A stretch of 64,000 nucleotides of DNA. It comes from Planctomycetota bacterium (lineage in GTDB: Bacteria; Planctomycetota; UBA1135; UBA2386). The notes beneath the pieces were generated by a model, which did no database searches, had not been told where the DNA came from, and saw only the letters and a program-made list of their open reading frames with translations. Position 1 is the first letter of the stretch. Each line of letters begins with the position of its first letter. The position numbers were made by a program, and so were the translations under genes. Shown here one piece after another: positions 45,366 through 56,315 of this stretch. The stretch spans positions 6,624,001 through 6,688,000 of the forward strand of contig OZ245838.1 in NCBI GenBank assembly GCA_965228735.1. The letters run 5' to 3'.

Positions 45366-46670
45366 ATGACCAGTCCGACGCCCTGCGACGAATCCGGCAC
45401 CGCCGCGTTCCACCGTGGCGTGCCCGGAGCTGCGGGGGCCGGCGAGCTCTGGTGCGAGGGCGTGCGCGTGGCGGAGCTCGCCGATCGCTACGGCACGCCG
45501 CTCTACGTCTACAGCGACGCGGCCATCACCGAGCGGGCAACTCGACTGCGGCGCGCGTTCGGCGATGACGCGGTGATCTGCTACGCGGTCAAGGCCAACA
45601 GCAACGTCAACCTGCTGCGACGCGTGCACGAACTCGGGCTCGGGTTCGACCTCGTGAGCGGCGGCGAACTCGAGCGGCTGCAGGCCGTCGGGCTCGCGGC
45701 GACCCAGGCCGTGTTCGCCGGTGTCGGCAAGGAACCGTGGGAGGTCGAGGCCGCAGCGCGGGCCGGCATCCTGTTCTTCAACGTCGAGTCCGAACACGAA
45801 CTGCCGCTCCTCGCCGAGGCGGGTGCCGCAGCCGGTCGTCCGTTGCCCGTCGCGCTGCGCGTCAATCCCGACGTCGAGGCCGGCACGCACGCCTACATCA
45901 CGACCGGGAAGCGCCAGAACAAGTTCGGCATCGGGCTGGATCGCGCTCCCGCGGTCGTCGCCGAGATCGTCGCGAACCCATGGCTCGAGCTGCGCGGCTA
46001 CCACGTGCATCTCGGCAGTCAGCTGCGTTCCGTCGACCCCTACGTCGCGGCGTTCGAGCGCATCGCCGAGTTCGCCGACAGCGACGCGCGGCACCGTGAT
46101 GGCGTGACGCACTACGACCTCGGCGGCGGCTTCGGCATCGCGTACGGCGAGGGCGAGGAGCTCGACGTCGGGGCCGTGGCGGCGGCGCTGCTGCCGCGGC
46201 TGCGCGAGCGCGGCTGGACGCCGGTGCTCGAGCCCGGGCGCTATCTCGTCGGCGACGCGGGCCTGCTCGTCACGCGGGTCATCGGCCAGAAGGGGCAGGG
46301 CGGCGCCGAGTTCGTGCTCGTCGACGCCGCGATGAACGATCTGCTGCGGCCGGCGCTCTACCAGGCGGAGCACCCGATCGCGCCCGTGCTGCCGGCGCGG
46401 CCGGGCGCGCCCCGGCCGGTCGACGTCGTCGGGCCGGTCTGCGAGACGGGCGACTTCCTCGCGCGCGGGCGGGCGCTGCCGCCGCTGGAGCGCGGCGACC
46501 TCCTGGCGGTCCTCGCCGCGGGGGCGTACGGTGCGAGCATGGCGTCCAACTACAACAGCCGCCGGCGACCGGCCGAGGTGCTGGTGCGCGGCGACGGGGC
46601 GCGACTCATCAAGAAGCGCGAGACGTTCGCGCAGCTCATCCAGAACGAGGTCGATGCCGATGATTCTTGA
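45366..46670 (+). CDS. lysA: Diaminopimelate decarboxylase
   Basis: YGTPLYVY, YAVKANSN, HLGSQ, EPGR, GPVCETGD, GAYGASMASNYN. Confidence 0.96.
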   Translation: MTSPTPCDESGTAAFHRGVPGAAGAGELWCEGVRVAELADRYGTPLYVYSDAAITERATRLRRAFGDDAVICYAVKANSNVNLLRRVHELGLGFDLVSGGELERLQAVGLAATQAVFAGVGKEPWEVEAAARAGILFFNVESEHELPLLAEAGAAAGRPLPVALRVNPDVEAGTHAYITTGKRQNKFGIGLDRAPAVVAEIVANPWLELRGYHVHLGSQLRSVDPYVAAFERIAEFADSDARHRDGVTHYDLGGGFGIAYGEGEELDVGAVAAALLPRLRERGWTPVLEPGRYLVGDAGLLVTRVIGQKGQGGAEFVLVDAAMNDLLRPALYQAEHPIAPVLPARPGAPRPVDVVGPVCETGDFLARGRALPPLERGDLLAVLAAGAYGASMASNYNSRRRPAEVLVRGDGARLIKKRETFAQLIQNEVDADDS

Positions 46671-46866
46671 ACGGTCGAGGTCAGAGCCGTGGCGGAAGGT
46701 CGGGCGGTCGGGTCAGCGCGCGCGCCGACTGGTCGCATGGTTCACCGTCCTCTGCTGCCTGCCACTGTCCGGCTGCGGTCTGCTGTGGAACGAGTTCTCG
46801 TTCCTCGACGTCCAGGCGCCGCCACCGGTGACCGCCGGCGACGCCGACGACCCGGCCGGGTCCTGA
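46654..46866 (+). CDS. Small putative lipoprotein
   Basis: Basic then hydrophobic leader with LSGC lipobox; start uncertain. Confidence 0.5.
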   Translation: MPMILERSRSEPWRKVGRSGQRARRLVAWFTVLCCLPLSGCGLLWNEFSFLDVQAPPPVTAGDADDPAGS

Positions 46867-46894
46867 CGCGGCGCCAGGCCGACGGTGACGTGAC

Positions 46895-47262
46895 ATGGTC
46901 AGTGAGCGCCTGCGCGACGTGATGCTCGCGGCCGATGGGGCCGGCGCATTGACCGGTGACGACGTTCGGCGCGGCGCCGCGACGCATCCCGTGTGCGGCG
47001 ACGAGGTCGAACTGTTCGTTCGACTCGACGGCCGGGTGATCCGAGACCTTGGTTGGCTCGCCGCCGGTTGTCCCGCGACGATGGCGGTCACGGCGCTGTC
47101 TCGTTCGGCGTTGGTCGGCGCGCCGATCGACGACGCCGAGGCCCGACTGCACGCGGCGATCACCGCGCTGGGCGGGCTCGCACGCCAGGAACGCCACGCG
47201 GCCGCGATCGTGCTGCGGGCGCTCGCGATGGCGGGCGGCAACGACGAGACGGCGGCGCGCTG

Positions 47263-47263
<1 letters not shown>
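46895..47263 (+). CDS. IscU/SufU (NifU N-terminal)-like protein
   Basis: HPVCGDEV and AGCPATMA motifs. Confidence 0.7.
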
Positions 47264-48885
<1,622 letters not shown>

Positions 48886-48892
48886 CCGAGAG

Positions 48893-48927
48893 TGTGCGAA
48901 ATCTGCACAGAGTGCGGATCCCGCGCG
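48893..48927. promoter_or_regulatory. Putative bEBP upstream activating sequences
   Basis: Palindrome TGTGC-N7-GCACA (48893-48909) followed by a degenerate copy GTGC-N7-GCGC. Confidence 0.6.
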
Positions 48928-48991
48928 CCTCGCCGGTTGCGAAGGTGTTCGTAAAGCTATGGAATAAAGATGCTTATGGATTCTCTCATCG

Positions 48992-49007
48992 TGGTACCGG
49001 GATTGCG
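48992..49007 (+). promoter_or_regulatory. Sigma-54 -24/-12 promoter
   Basis: TGGTAC-CGGGA-TTGCG matches TGGYAC-N5-TTGC with exact GG-N10-GC spacing. Confidence 0.75.
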
Positions 49008-49020
49008 ATGGAACGGCTCG

Positions 49021-50853
49021 ATGACGCCCCTCACCCAGCAACTGCGCACCGGCCTGCTCGCCATCGGGTTCGGCGCTGCGGGCCTGCTGGGGGATGCACG
49101 CGGACAGTCGCCCGCCGCCTCCGGCCCGCAGGCTGCACCGCGGCTCGTCGACTCGATCGAAGCGCCGTTGCTCTACCTTGCTCTCGGCGGCAAGACCCGC
49201 GGCGGTGGAGCCCTCGGCGGCGGGGCTGCTGGCGCGGCATCTACGGGTAGGGCGGCCGTGCAGCGGCTGCTCGCCGACCCGGCGCTCGATGCGCTGCTCG
49301 ACGAGTCCCTGCGCGATGAGCCCGCCGCGACGCGGAGCAGCTCGACCGGCCGATCGCTCGCGCTCGTCCGCGGCGTTCTCAGTCGGTGCGCTGGCGAGAT
49401 CGAAGTCGCGATGACGGGCGTCGTGCCCGGGATCGGTCGACCCCTGCTCGTGCTGCGCGCCGAACTGCAGCCGGAACAGGCGAAGAACCTCGACGCCGCG
49501 CTGCGGCCGCAGCCGCAGGTCAGCGGGGGCGGCAGCCGGCTCGCGGCGAACCACCGCAAGATTCGTGGGCAGCAGACCTACGCGATGCTCGGCGAGGACG
49601 GTCGGCTCGCGACCGGGATCGGCCGCCAGGTCGAGCTCGCGGTCGTCGGCAGCGACCTGCTCGTCACGAACGACGCGACGGCGATGGAAGAGTTGCTCGC
49701 GCCGCAGCGCACGACGGCCAGTCCGCGCGCGCTCTCGGGCAACGATCGCTTCGTCGCGCTGAAGCAGCGCATCGCCGCGCCCGCGGGCTCGTTGCTCGTC
49801 TACGGCGACTGGGCCCGGCTCGGCCGGCGCCTCGGCGGTTCGGGGCTGACCGCCCAACTGCTGCTCGACTCCGGTCTCGGTTCGGCGCGCAGCGTGATGG
49901 CTGCGTTGAGCTGCCAGCCGACCGAGAACCGAGCTGCAGCCGATCGCTCGACGGCTGCCGGGACGCGCTTCACCGCGACCGTGCTGCTCGATTTCGAGCA
50001 GGACAACCCCAACGTGCGGGCGCTGCGTGCGCCGGGTCGCAAGGCGCCGCCGTTCTGGGATTCGCCGGGCATCGACGGCTGGCTCACGGCCGCGCTGTCG
50101 GTCAAGCCGCGGCAGCTCGCGCGTGATCTGCCGGGTGGTGGCCTCGGTGGGCTCGTGCTCGCGATGGACCTGCCGGTCGTCGCGACGCGTTCGCCGCGCG
50201 GCGCGCGGCTGTTGCGTGACCTGCGCAACTCCCTCGAGGCCTTCGGTCTCGACTTCAAGCGCAACGTGCTCTCCCGGCTCGGCACGCGGGGCACGGTGCA
50301 GCTGCTGTTCCGGCGCGGCGCCGACGGCGAGGCCGCGACGCGTATCGAGTCGATCTACGCCGTGCGCGCCACGAGCCGCACGGCGGCGAGCAACCTCTTC
50401 ACCGATCTGCGGCGCGCGGCCGAACAGCACGGCATCGGCAAGGTGCTGGCGGGTCGCGACCGGCCGGGTCGTGACAACGTCGACGTGCTCGAGCTGCGCG
50501 TGCACCCGGAAGACGAGCCGACGTGCGTCGCGGTCGCCTCCGACGCGGTGCTCGTCGCGTTCGACGCGACGTCCATCGACGAGTTCCTCACGGAACACCG
50601 CGCCGTCGCGCGGCAGCGCGGCAAGCGGAACTCGCAGGTGGGTGCAGTCGTAGAACGAATCGGAGGGCGAGAGGTCAGCGGCCTCTTCGACCTCGACTTC
50701 ACGCCGTGGCTCGAACGCTTTGCCGACCTGCTCGGGGAACGTGGTGTCGCGGTCGATCTCTCCGGCATTCCGTCGCGGCACGTCGGCTACCTCGACCTGC
50801 AGCCGCGGGACGGCGGAACCATCATTCGAATCTGTGTGCTGTCGTCGCGGTAG
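49021..50853 (+). CDS. Secreted hypothetical protein
   Basis: Signal peptide MTPLTQQLRTGLLAIGFGAAGLLGDARG; start chosen downstream of the sigma54 promoter. Confidence 0.7.
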   Translation: MTPLTQQLRTGLLAIGFGAAGLLGDARGQSPAASGPQAAPRLVDSIEAPLLYLALGGKTRGGGALGGGAAGAASTGRAAVQRLLADPALDALLDESLRDEPAATRSSSTGRSLALVRGVLSRCAGEIEVAMTGVVPGIGRPLLVLRAELQPEQAKNLDAALRPQPQVSGGGSRLAANHRKIRGQQTYAMLGEDGRLATGIGRQVELAVVGSDLLVTNDATAMEELLAPQRTTASPRALSGNDRFVALKQRIAAPAGSLLVYGDWARLGRRLGGSGLTAQLLLDSGLGSARSVMAALSCQPTENRAAADRSTAAGTRFTATVLLDFEQDNPNVRALRAPGRKAPPFWDSPGIDGWLTAALSVKPRQLARDLPGGGLGGLVLAMDLPVVATRSPRGARLLRDLRNSLEAFGLDFKRNVLSRLGTRGTVQLLFRRGADGEAATRIESIYAVRATSRTAASNLFTDLRRAAEQHGIGKVLAGRDRPGRDNVDVLELRVHPEDEPTCVAVASDAVLVAFDATSIDEFLTEHRAVARQRGKRNSQVGAVVERIGGREVSGLFDLDFTPWLERFADLLGERGVAVDLSGIPSRHVGYLDLQPRDGGTIIRICVLSSR

Positions 50854-50918
50854 CGCGTTGCACACCTGACGACCCGCTCGCGCGGGGCTCTTTCACAACA
50901 ACAGGCATTCGACGTCCA

Positions 50919-51264
50919 CGCCGGGCAACCGGCGCGTTCGTCACGGGTGCATGGCTGGTGCTCGTCACACGCCGCTCGAGATCTGGGGCAGGCAGGGCGG
51001 TGTGCGTCGGTCTTTCGCGTGTGTTGCGCGAACCATGCATCCGTTCCTTATTTGGCGCGTGACCTTCGGGGGTCCGATCGGCGTCCCGATTCTGGGGCAG
51101 GCTAGGGACAACGGTCGACCAGTCGCACAAGTGGTGCGAGGGGGTCACGCGCCACATTTCTCATTCTCGGCTCGTCCTTCGAGCCCTTCATCATTCCAGC
51201 TCGGTCTTCCAGCTCGGGGACTTCGTCGCGAGGACAGGCGCGGCGGGGTCCCCGGCTACTTTTT
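50919..51264 (+). ncRNA. Candidate structured non-coding RNA with two tandem junction domains
   Basis: GCAA-tetraloop hairpin, two multi-stem domains sharing loop TCTGGGGCAGGC, terminal hairpin plus U-tract; G-U pairs favour the + strand. Confidence 0.55.
51211..51264 (+). terminator. Intrinsic terminator-like hairpin
   Basis: cggggacttcgtcgcg pairs with cgcggcggggtccccg, followed by acttttt. Confidence 0.6.
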
Positions 51265-51303
51265 GGGCGTTGATCGTCGGCCGCGATCGCGACAATCGTC
51301 GGC

Positions 51304-52764
51304 ATGTTCCTCGCACTGGATCAGGGCACGACGAGCAGCCGCGCGATCGTCTTCGATGCGGGCGGTGCGATCCGCGGTTCGGGTCAGCAGGAGTTCGCGC
51401 AGCACTTCCCGGCGCCGGGGCACGTCGAGCATGACCCCGACGACATCCTGCAGAGTCAACTCGCGGCCGTAGCCGCGGCGCGGCGCGAGGCCGGCGAGCC
51501 CGCGATCACGGCCATCGGGATCACGAACCAGCGCGAGACGGTCGTCGTGTTCGATCGCGCGACGGGGCGGCCGATCCACCGCGCGATCGTCTGGCAGGAT
51601 CGGCGCACGGCAGGGGAGCTGCAGGCGCTCGCCGAGCGCGACGGCGCGGCCGAGCTCGTGCGCACCCGCACCGGGCTGACCCTCGATCCCTACTTCAGCG
51701 CCAGGAAGATCGCCTGGATCCTCGATCACGTGCCCGGGGCGCGCGCGCGGGCCGAGCGCGGCGAGCTCGCGGCCTGCACGGTCGATTCGTGGCTGCTCTG
51801 GCATCTGACGAAGGGCGCCGTGTTCGCGACCGAGCCGAGCAACGCGTCGCGCACGAGTCTGTTCGACCTGCAGACGGGCGACTGGAGCGATGCCCTCTGC
51901 GAACTCTTCGCCGTGCCGCGCGCCGTGTTGCCCGAGGTGCGCCCGTCGGCGGGCGAGTTCGGCGCGGGCGAGCTGCTCGGCGGCGCGCCGGTCTGCGCGA
52001 TGCTCGGCGACCAGCAGAGCGCGTTGTTCGGTCACGCCTGCACGAACATCGGTAACAGCAAGTGCACCTACGGCACCGGCGCGTTCGCGCTCACGAACGT
52101 CGGGACGGCGCCGGCCGATCCGGCGCCCGGCGTGCTGTCGACCGTCGCGTGGCGGCTCGGTGACGTGACGACGTTCGCGCTCGAGGGCAGCGTGCTGGTG
52201 TGCGGCGCGGCGATCCAGTGGCTGCGCGACCAGCTCGGTCTCGTCGCGAGCGCCGCGGATACGGAAGAACTCGCGCGTTCGGTGCCGGACAGCGGCGGGA
52301 TCGTGTTCGTGCCCGCGTTCGCCGGCCTCGGCACGCCGCACTGGGATCCGACCGCGCGCGGCGCGATCGTCGGAATCACCCGCGGGACGTCGAAGGCGCA
52401 CCTCGTGCGCGCGGCGCTCGAAGCGCTCGCGCTGCAGGTCGACGACGTGCTCACGGCGATGGCGGACGGCGGCGGCAGCGGCGAACTGCACGTCGACGGC
52501 GGCGCGACGAGCAACGGCCTGCTGCTCGAGATCCAGGCCGCGTTGCTCGGGCGCCCCGTCGTGCGTCCGGCGCTGCTCGAAGCGACCGCGTTCGGCGCGT
52601 TCCGCATGGCGATGCTGGGAGCCGGCGCCGCGGCGCTCGACGAACTGCCGCGATTGCCGGGCGAGCCGACCCGCGTCGCCCCGGGCGATGGTGTCGCGAT
52701 CGACATCGCGGAACTGCGCGCGCGCTGGCAGAAAGCGGTGCCGCGCACGCGGGGTTGGGTCTGA
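51304..52764 (+). CDS. glpK: Glycerol kinase
   Basis: DQGTTSSRA, GITNQRET, IVWQDRRT, GDQQSALFG, KCTYGTGAF. Confidence 0.93.
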   Translation: MFLALDQGTTSSRAIVFDAGGAIRGSGQQEFAQHFPAPGHVEHDPDDILQSQLAAVAAARREAGEPAITAIGITNQRETVVVFDRATGRPIHRAIVWQDRRTAGELQALAERDGAAELVRTRTGLTLDPYFSARKIAWILDHVPGARARAERGELAACTVDSWLLWHLTKGAVFATEPSNASRTSLFDLQTGDWSDALCELFAVPRAVLPEVRPSAGEFGAGELLGGAPVCAMLGDQQSALFGHACTNIGNSKCTYGTGAFALTNVGTAPADPAPGVLSTVAWRLGDVTTFALEGSVLVCGAAIQWLRDQLGLVASAADTEELARSVPDSGGIVFVPAFAGLGTPHWDPTARGAIVGITRGTSKAHLVRAALEALALQVDDVLTAMADGGGSGELHVDGGATSNGLLLEIQAALLGRPVVRPALLEATAFGAFRMAMLGAGAAALDELPRLPGEPTRVAPGDGVAIDIAELRARWQKAVPRTRGWV

Positions 52765-52816
52765 GCGCCGAGCCGATGCCTTCCCTCGCAGGTCGGCGTG
52801 GCCTACAACGGCAGCC

Positions 52817-55573
52817 ATGGCTGCCCACGACGACGAGTCGCGTGATCCGAAGACGGTGGATCCCGACGCGATGGATCCGGCACGTGATCCGGCTGAAGAC
52901 CCGCTGACGGCCGACGATTCCGACGAGCTGCCCGAATTCGGCGCGGGGACCGACGCGGATGAGGTCGAGTCGGACGACTCGCAATCCAACGAGTCGATGT
53001 CGGACGGCCCGCGCGTGGAGTTGAACGAGGCGGACAACCCGCTCAAGGGCGCCGTCGTCCTGCAGGACCAGGTGCCGGACACGATGTTCGTGTTCCCGCT
53101 CCGGACGGCCGTGCCGTTCCCCAACCTGACGATGCCGCTGCTGCTCGACACCGAGGATGCGCGCGACATCATCGCCAAGGCCGAAGCGCACAACGGGCAC
53201 GTCTTCCTCGTGCTGCAGAAGGACCCGGAGGCCGACGCGGAATCGGCGGACGACGTGCACGAGGTCGGCGTCGTCGCCAAGATCCTCAAGACGCTCAGGC
53301 TGCCGGACGGCGGGTTGTCCGCGATGACGCAGGGGCTCTTGCGGTCACGGCTCGTTCGCGTCGTTCGCAAGAAGCCGCGCCTCGTCGGCCGGGTGCGCGA
53401 GGTCGTCGAGGTGCCGGCCAGCGGCGCGCGGTCGGAGTCGCTCATGCGGCTGCTGCGGCAGCAGATGCAGCGGCTCGCCGAGATGCAGGACACCGCGGAC
53501 CCCGGGTTCACGATGGCGGTGCTCAATGTCGAGAGCCCGTCGCAGCTCGCGGACTTCACGGGCAGCATCGTGCGCAAGGTCGAGGACCGGCAGCGGCTGC
53601 TCGCCGAGGCGGACGTCGAGAAGCGGCTCGAGCTCGCGCTGCAGTTCGCGACCGCCGAGACGGAACTCGTCGAGCTCGACAAGAAGATCCACGGCGAGAT
53701 CCAGAAGAAGACCGAGAAGGCCCAGAAGGACTACTTCCTGCGCGAGCAGATGAAGCTGATCCGGCGCGAGCTCGGGGAGGAACAGGATCCGCGGCTCGCC
53801 GAGCTGCACCGGCTCGAGGAGGCGATCGCGAAGGCCGACATGCCGGAGGCGGCGCTCGCGCGCGCGCAGGAAGAACTGACGCGGCTGCAGACGACGCCCG
53901 TCGAGTCGGCCGAGTACGGGGTGATCCGCAACTACCTCGACTGGCTCACGACGTTGCCATGGTCGCACTCGACGGCGGATCAGCACGACCTCGCGCACGC
54001 CGAACGCGTGCTGCACGACGACCACTACGGCCTCGAGGAGGTCAAGCAGCGCATTCTCGAGTTCCTCGCGGTGCGCAAGCTGCGGCCCGGGCATCAGGGT
54101 TCGATCCTGTGCTTCGCCGGCCCTCCCGGCGTCGGCAAGACGAGCCTCGGTCGCAGCATCGCGCGCGCGATGGGGCGCGAGTTCTGGCGCTTCTCGCTCG
54201 GCGGACTGCGCGACGAGAGCGAGATCAAGGGGCATCGCCGCACCTACATCGGCGCGATGCCGGGTCGCATCCTGCAGGGCCTCAAGACGACGGGCAGCAA
54301 CAACCCGGTCATCCTGCTCGACGAGATCGACAAGCTCGGCAGTGACTTCCGCGGCGATCCGAGCTCGGCGCTGCTCGAGGTGCTCGATCCGGAGCAGAAC
54401 CACGCGTTCCTCGATCACTACCTCGACGTGCCGTTCGACCTGTCCAAGGTCATGTTCCTCGCGACGGCGAACGTGCTGTCGCAGATCCCGGAGCCGCTGC
54501 GCGATCGCATGGAGATCCTCGAGATCCCGGGCTACCTGCTCGAGGAGAAGGTCGAGATCGCGCGGCGCCATCTGCTGCCGCGGCAGCTCGAACGCCACGG
54601 TCTGCTGGGCAGGCACCTGTCGATCACGCAGCCGGTCTGGCGGCGCGTCGTGGCCGAGCACACGCGTGAGGCCGGCGTGCGCGGACTCGACAAGGTCGTG
54701 CAGCGGCTGTGCCGCAGGACGGCGCTCGCGGTTGCGAAGAAGAGCAAGGCGCCGGGGCGGCTGAGCTTCGCGGAGATGGAGGAGCTGCTCGGGCAGCCGA
54801 AGTTCAAGGCGGACGAACGGCGCAAACACCACTTCGCGGGTGTCGTGCAGGGGCTCGCGTGGACGCCGTTCGGCGGCGACGTGCTCTACATCGAGGCGGT
54901 CGGGAGTCCGGGGTCCGGGCGGCTGCAGCTCACGGGCAGTCTCGGGGACGTCATGAGCGAGTCGGCGCGGCTCGCGATGAGCTACCTCAAGAGCCGGGCC
55001 GAGCGCTTCGAGCTCGATCTCGAGGCGGTCGCCAAGACCGATCTGCATCTGCACTTCCCCGCGGGCGCGATCAAGAAAGACGGGCCGTCGGCGGGGATCG
55101 CGATCGCGAGCGCGTTCTACTCGTGTCTCACCGGCCGCACGGCACCTGGCGACATTGCGATGACGGGCGAGCTGACCGTGGTCGGTGAAGTGCTGCCGAT
55201 CGGCGGCGTGCGCGAGAAGCTGCTCGCCGCGAAGAACTTCGGCCTGCGTCGCGTGCTGCTGCCGAAGGGCAACGAGCCCGACATCGTGGAGTTGCGGCCG
55301 GACCTCCGAGAAGGCATCGAGATCACGTTCGTCGCGACGTTCGACGAAGTGTTCGAGATCTTGTTCGAGCCGGGCGGGCGCGCGCGCGCGAAAACCGCGA
55401 CGAAGCGACCCGCGAAGAAGAGGCCCGCGAAGAAGAAGCCGGCAAAGAAGAAGCCAGTGAAGAAAGGGCCAGCGAAGAAAAAGCCGACGAAGGTCGCCAA
55501 GAAGGCCAAGAAGAAGTCGGCGAAGAAGAAGCCGGCCAGGAAGAAGGCGCCAGCGCGCCGCCGCGCGCGCTAG
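52817..55573 (+). CDS. lon: Lon protease (endopeptidase La)
   Basis: GPPGVGKTS, GHRRTYIGAMPG, KDGPSAG catalytic Ser, PIGGVREK catalytic Lys. Confidence 0.97.
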   Translation: MAAHDDESRDPKTVDPDAMDPARDPAEDPLTADDSDELPEFGAGTDADEVESDDSQSNESMSDGPRVELNEADNPLKGAVVLQDQVPDTMFVFPLRTAVPFPNLTMPLLLDTEDARDIIAKAEAHNGHVFLVLQKDPEADAESADDVHEVGVVAKILKTLRLPDGGLSAMTQGLLRSRLVRVVRKKPRLVGRVREVVEVPASGARSESLMRLLRQQMQRLAEMQDTADPGFTMAVLNVESPSQLADFTGSIVRKVEDRQRLLAEADVEKRLELALQFATAETELVELDKKIHGEIQKKTEKAQKDYFLREQMKLIRRELGEEQDPRLAELHRLEEAIAKADMPEAALARAQEELTRLQTTPVESAEYGVIRNYLDWLTTLPWSHSTADQHDLAHAERVLHDDHYGLEEVKQRILEFLAVRKLRPGHQGSILCFAGPPGVGKTSLGRSIARAMGREFWRFSLGGLRDESEIKGHRRTYIGAMPGRILQGLKTTGSNNPVILLDEIDKLGSDFRGDPSSALLEVLDPEQNHAFLDHYLDVPFDLSKVMFLATANVLSQIPEPLRDRMEILEIPGYLLEEKVEIARRHLLPRQLERHGLLGRHLSITQPVWRRVVAEHTREAGVRGLDKVVQRLCRRTALAVAKKSKAPGRLSFAEMEELLGQPKFKADERRKHHFAGVVQGLAWTPFGGDVLYIEAVGSPGSGRLQLTGSLGDVMSESARLAMSYLKSRAERFELDLEAVAKTDLHLHFPAGAIKKDGPSAGIAIASAFYSCLTGRTAPGDIAMTGELTVVGEVLPIGGVREKLLAAKNFGLRRVLLPKGNEPDIVELRPDLREGIEITFVATFDEVFEILFEPGGRARAKTATKRPAKKRPAKKKPAKKKPVKKGPAKKKPTKVAKKAKKKSAKKKPARKKAPARRRAR

Positions 55574-56232
55574 GCCGATTTGCCCGCGCGGCGTTCCTGT
55601 GTTCGTCGCGCCTTGCTCATCCCCCAGCTGCAGATCGGACAGGCGTCCACGTCGTGCCGCATTGCGGGGCAGAACGAGCGGCCGAAGTAGATGATCTGCA
55701 GGTGCAGGTCGTTCCACCGATCTGCGGGGAACGTCCGCTTCAGGTCGCGCTCGGTCTGCGTGACGTTCCTGCCCGAGCTCAGGCCCCAGCGCCACGCGAG
55801 CCGGTGGATGTGCGTGTCGACGGGGAACGCGGGCACGCCGAACGCCTGCGCCATCACGACGCTCGCGGTCTTGTGGCCCACGCCCGGCAGCGATTCGAGC
55901 GCGTCGAGGTCGCGCGGCACTTCGCCGCCGAACTCCGTGACGAGCAGTTGCGACAGGCCGGCGATCGCCTTGGCCTTCTGCGGCGCGAGGCCGCACGTGC
56001 GGATCGCGTGCTGGATCGTGCTCACGGGCAGCCGCGCCATAGACTCGGGGTCGCTGGCCAACTCGAACAGACCAGGCGTGACGAGGTTGACGCGCTCGTC
56101 GGTGCACTGCGCCGACAGCACGACCGCGACGAGCAGCGAGAACGGGTCGTCGTGATCGAGCGGCACCGGCGGATCCGGGAACTCGCGGTCGAGGATCGTC
56201 TGGATCCGTTCGGCCTTCTCGGAGCGCTTCAT
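55570..56232 (-). CDS. nth: Endonuclease III
   Basis: LSAQCTDERVN, LPGVGHKTA HhH, VDTHIHR, C-terminal Cys cluster. Confidence 0.95.
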   Translation of the reverse strand: MKRSEKAERIQTILDREFPDPPVPLDHDDPFSLLVAVVLSAQCTDERVNLVTPGLFELASDPESMARLPVSTIQHAIRTCGLAPQKAKAIAGLSQLLVTEFGGEVPRDLDALESLPGVGHKTASVVMAQAFGVPAFPVDTHIHRLAWRWGLSSGRNVTQTERDLKRTFPADRWNDLHLQIIYFGRSFCPAMRHDVDACPICSWGMSKARRTQERRAGKSA

Positions 56233-56315
56233 CGGAGCCGGAGAATAGGAGGAGTGGATCGGGCCGAAGTACGGAAAGTGCTTGCGGCCACTGCTGGCGG
56301 CGGAACGTTGGGGGC

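Noticed and set aside
50919..51160. tRNA, SRP RNA or known riboswitch identity
   Set aside because: No T-loop/anticodon cloverleaf or consensus that I can recognise; left as an unknown RNA pending an Rfam search
50951..51472. ORFs across the 50853-51304 gap
   Set aside because: Atypical composition, no motifs and overlap with glpK; RNA structure explains the region better
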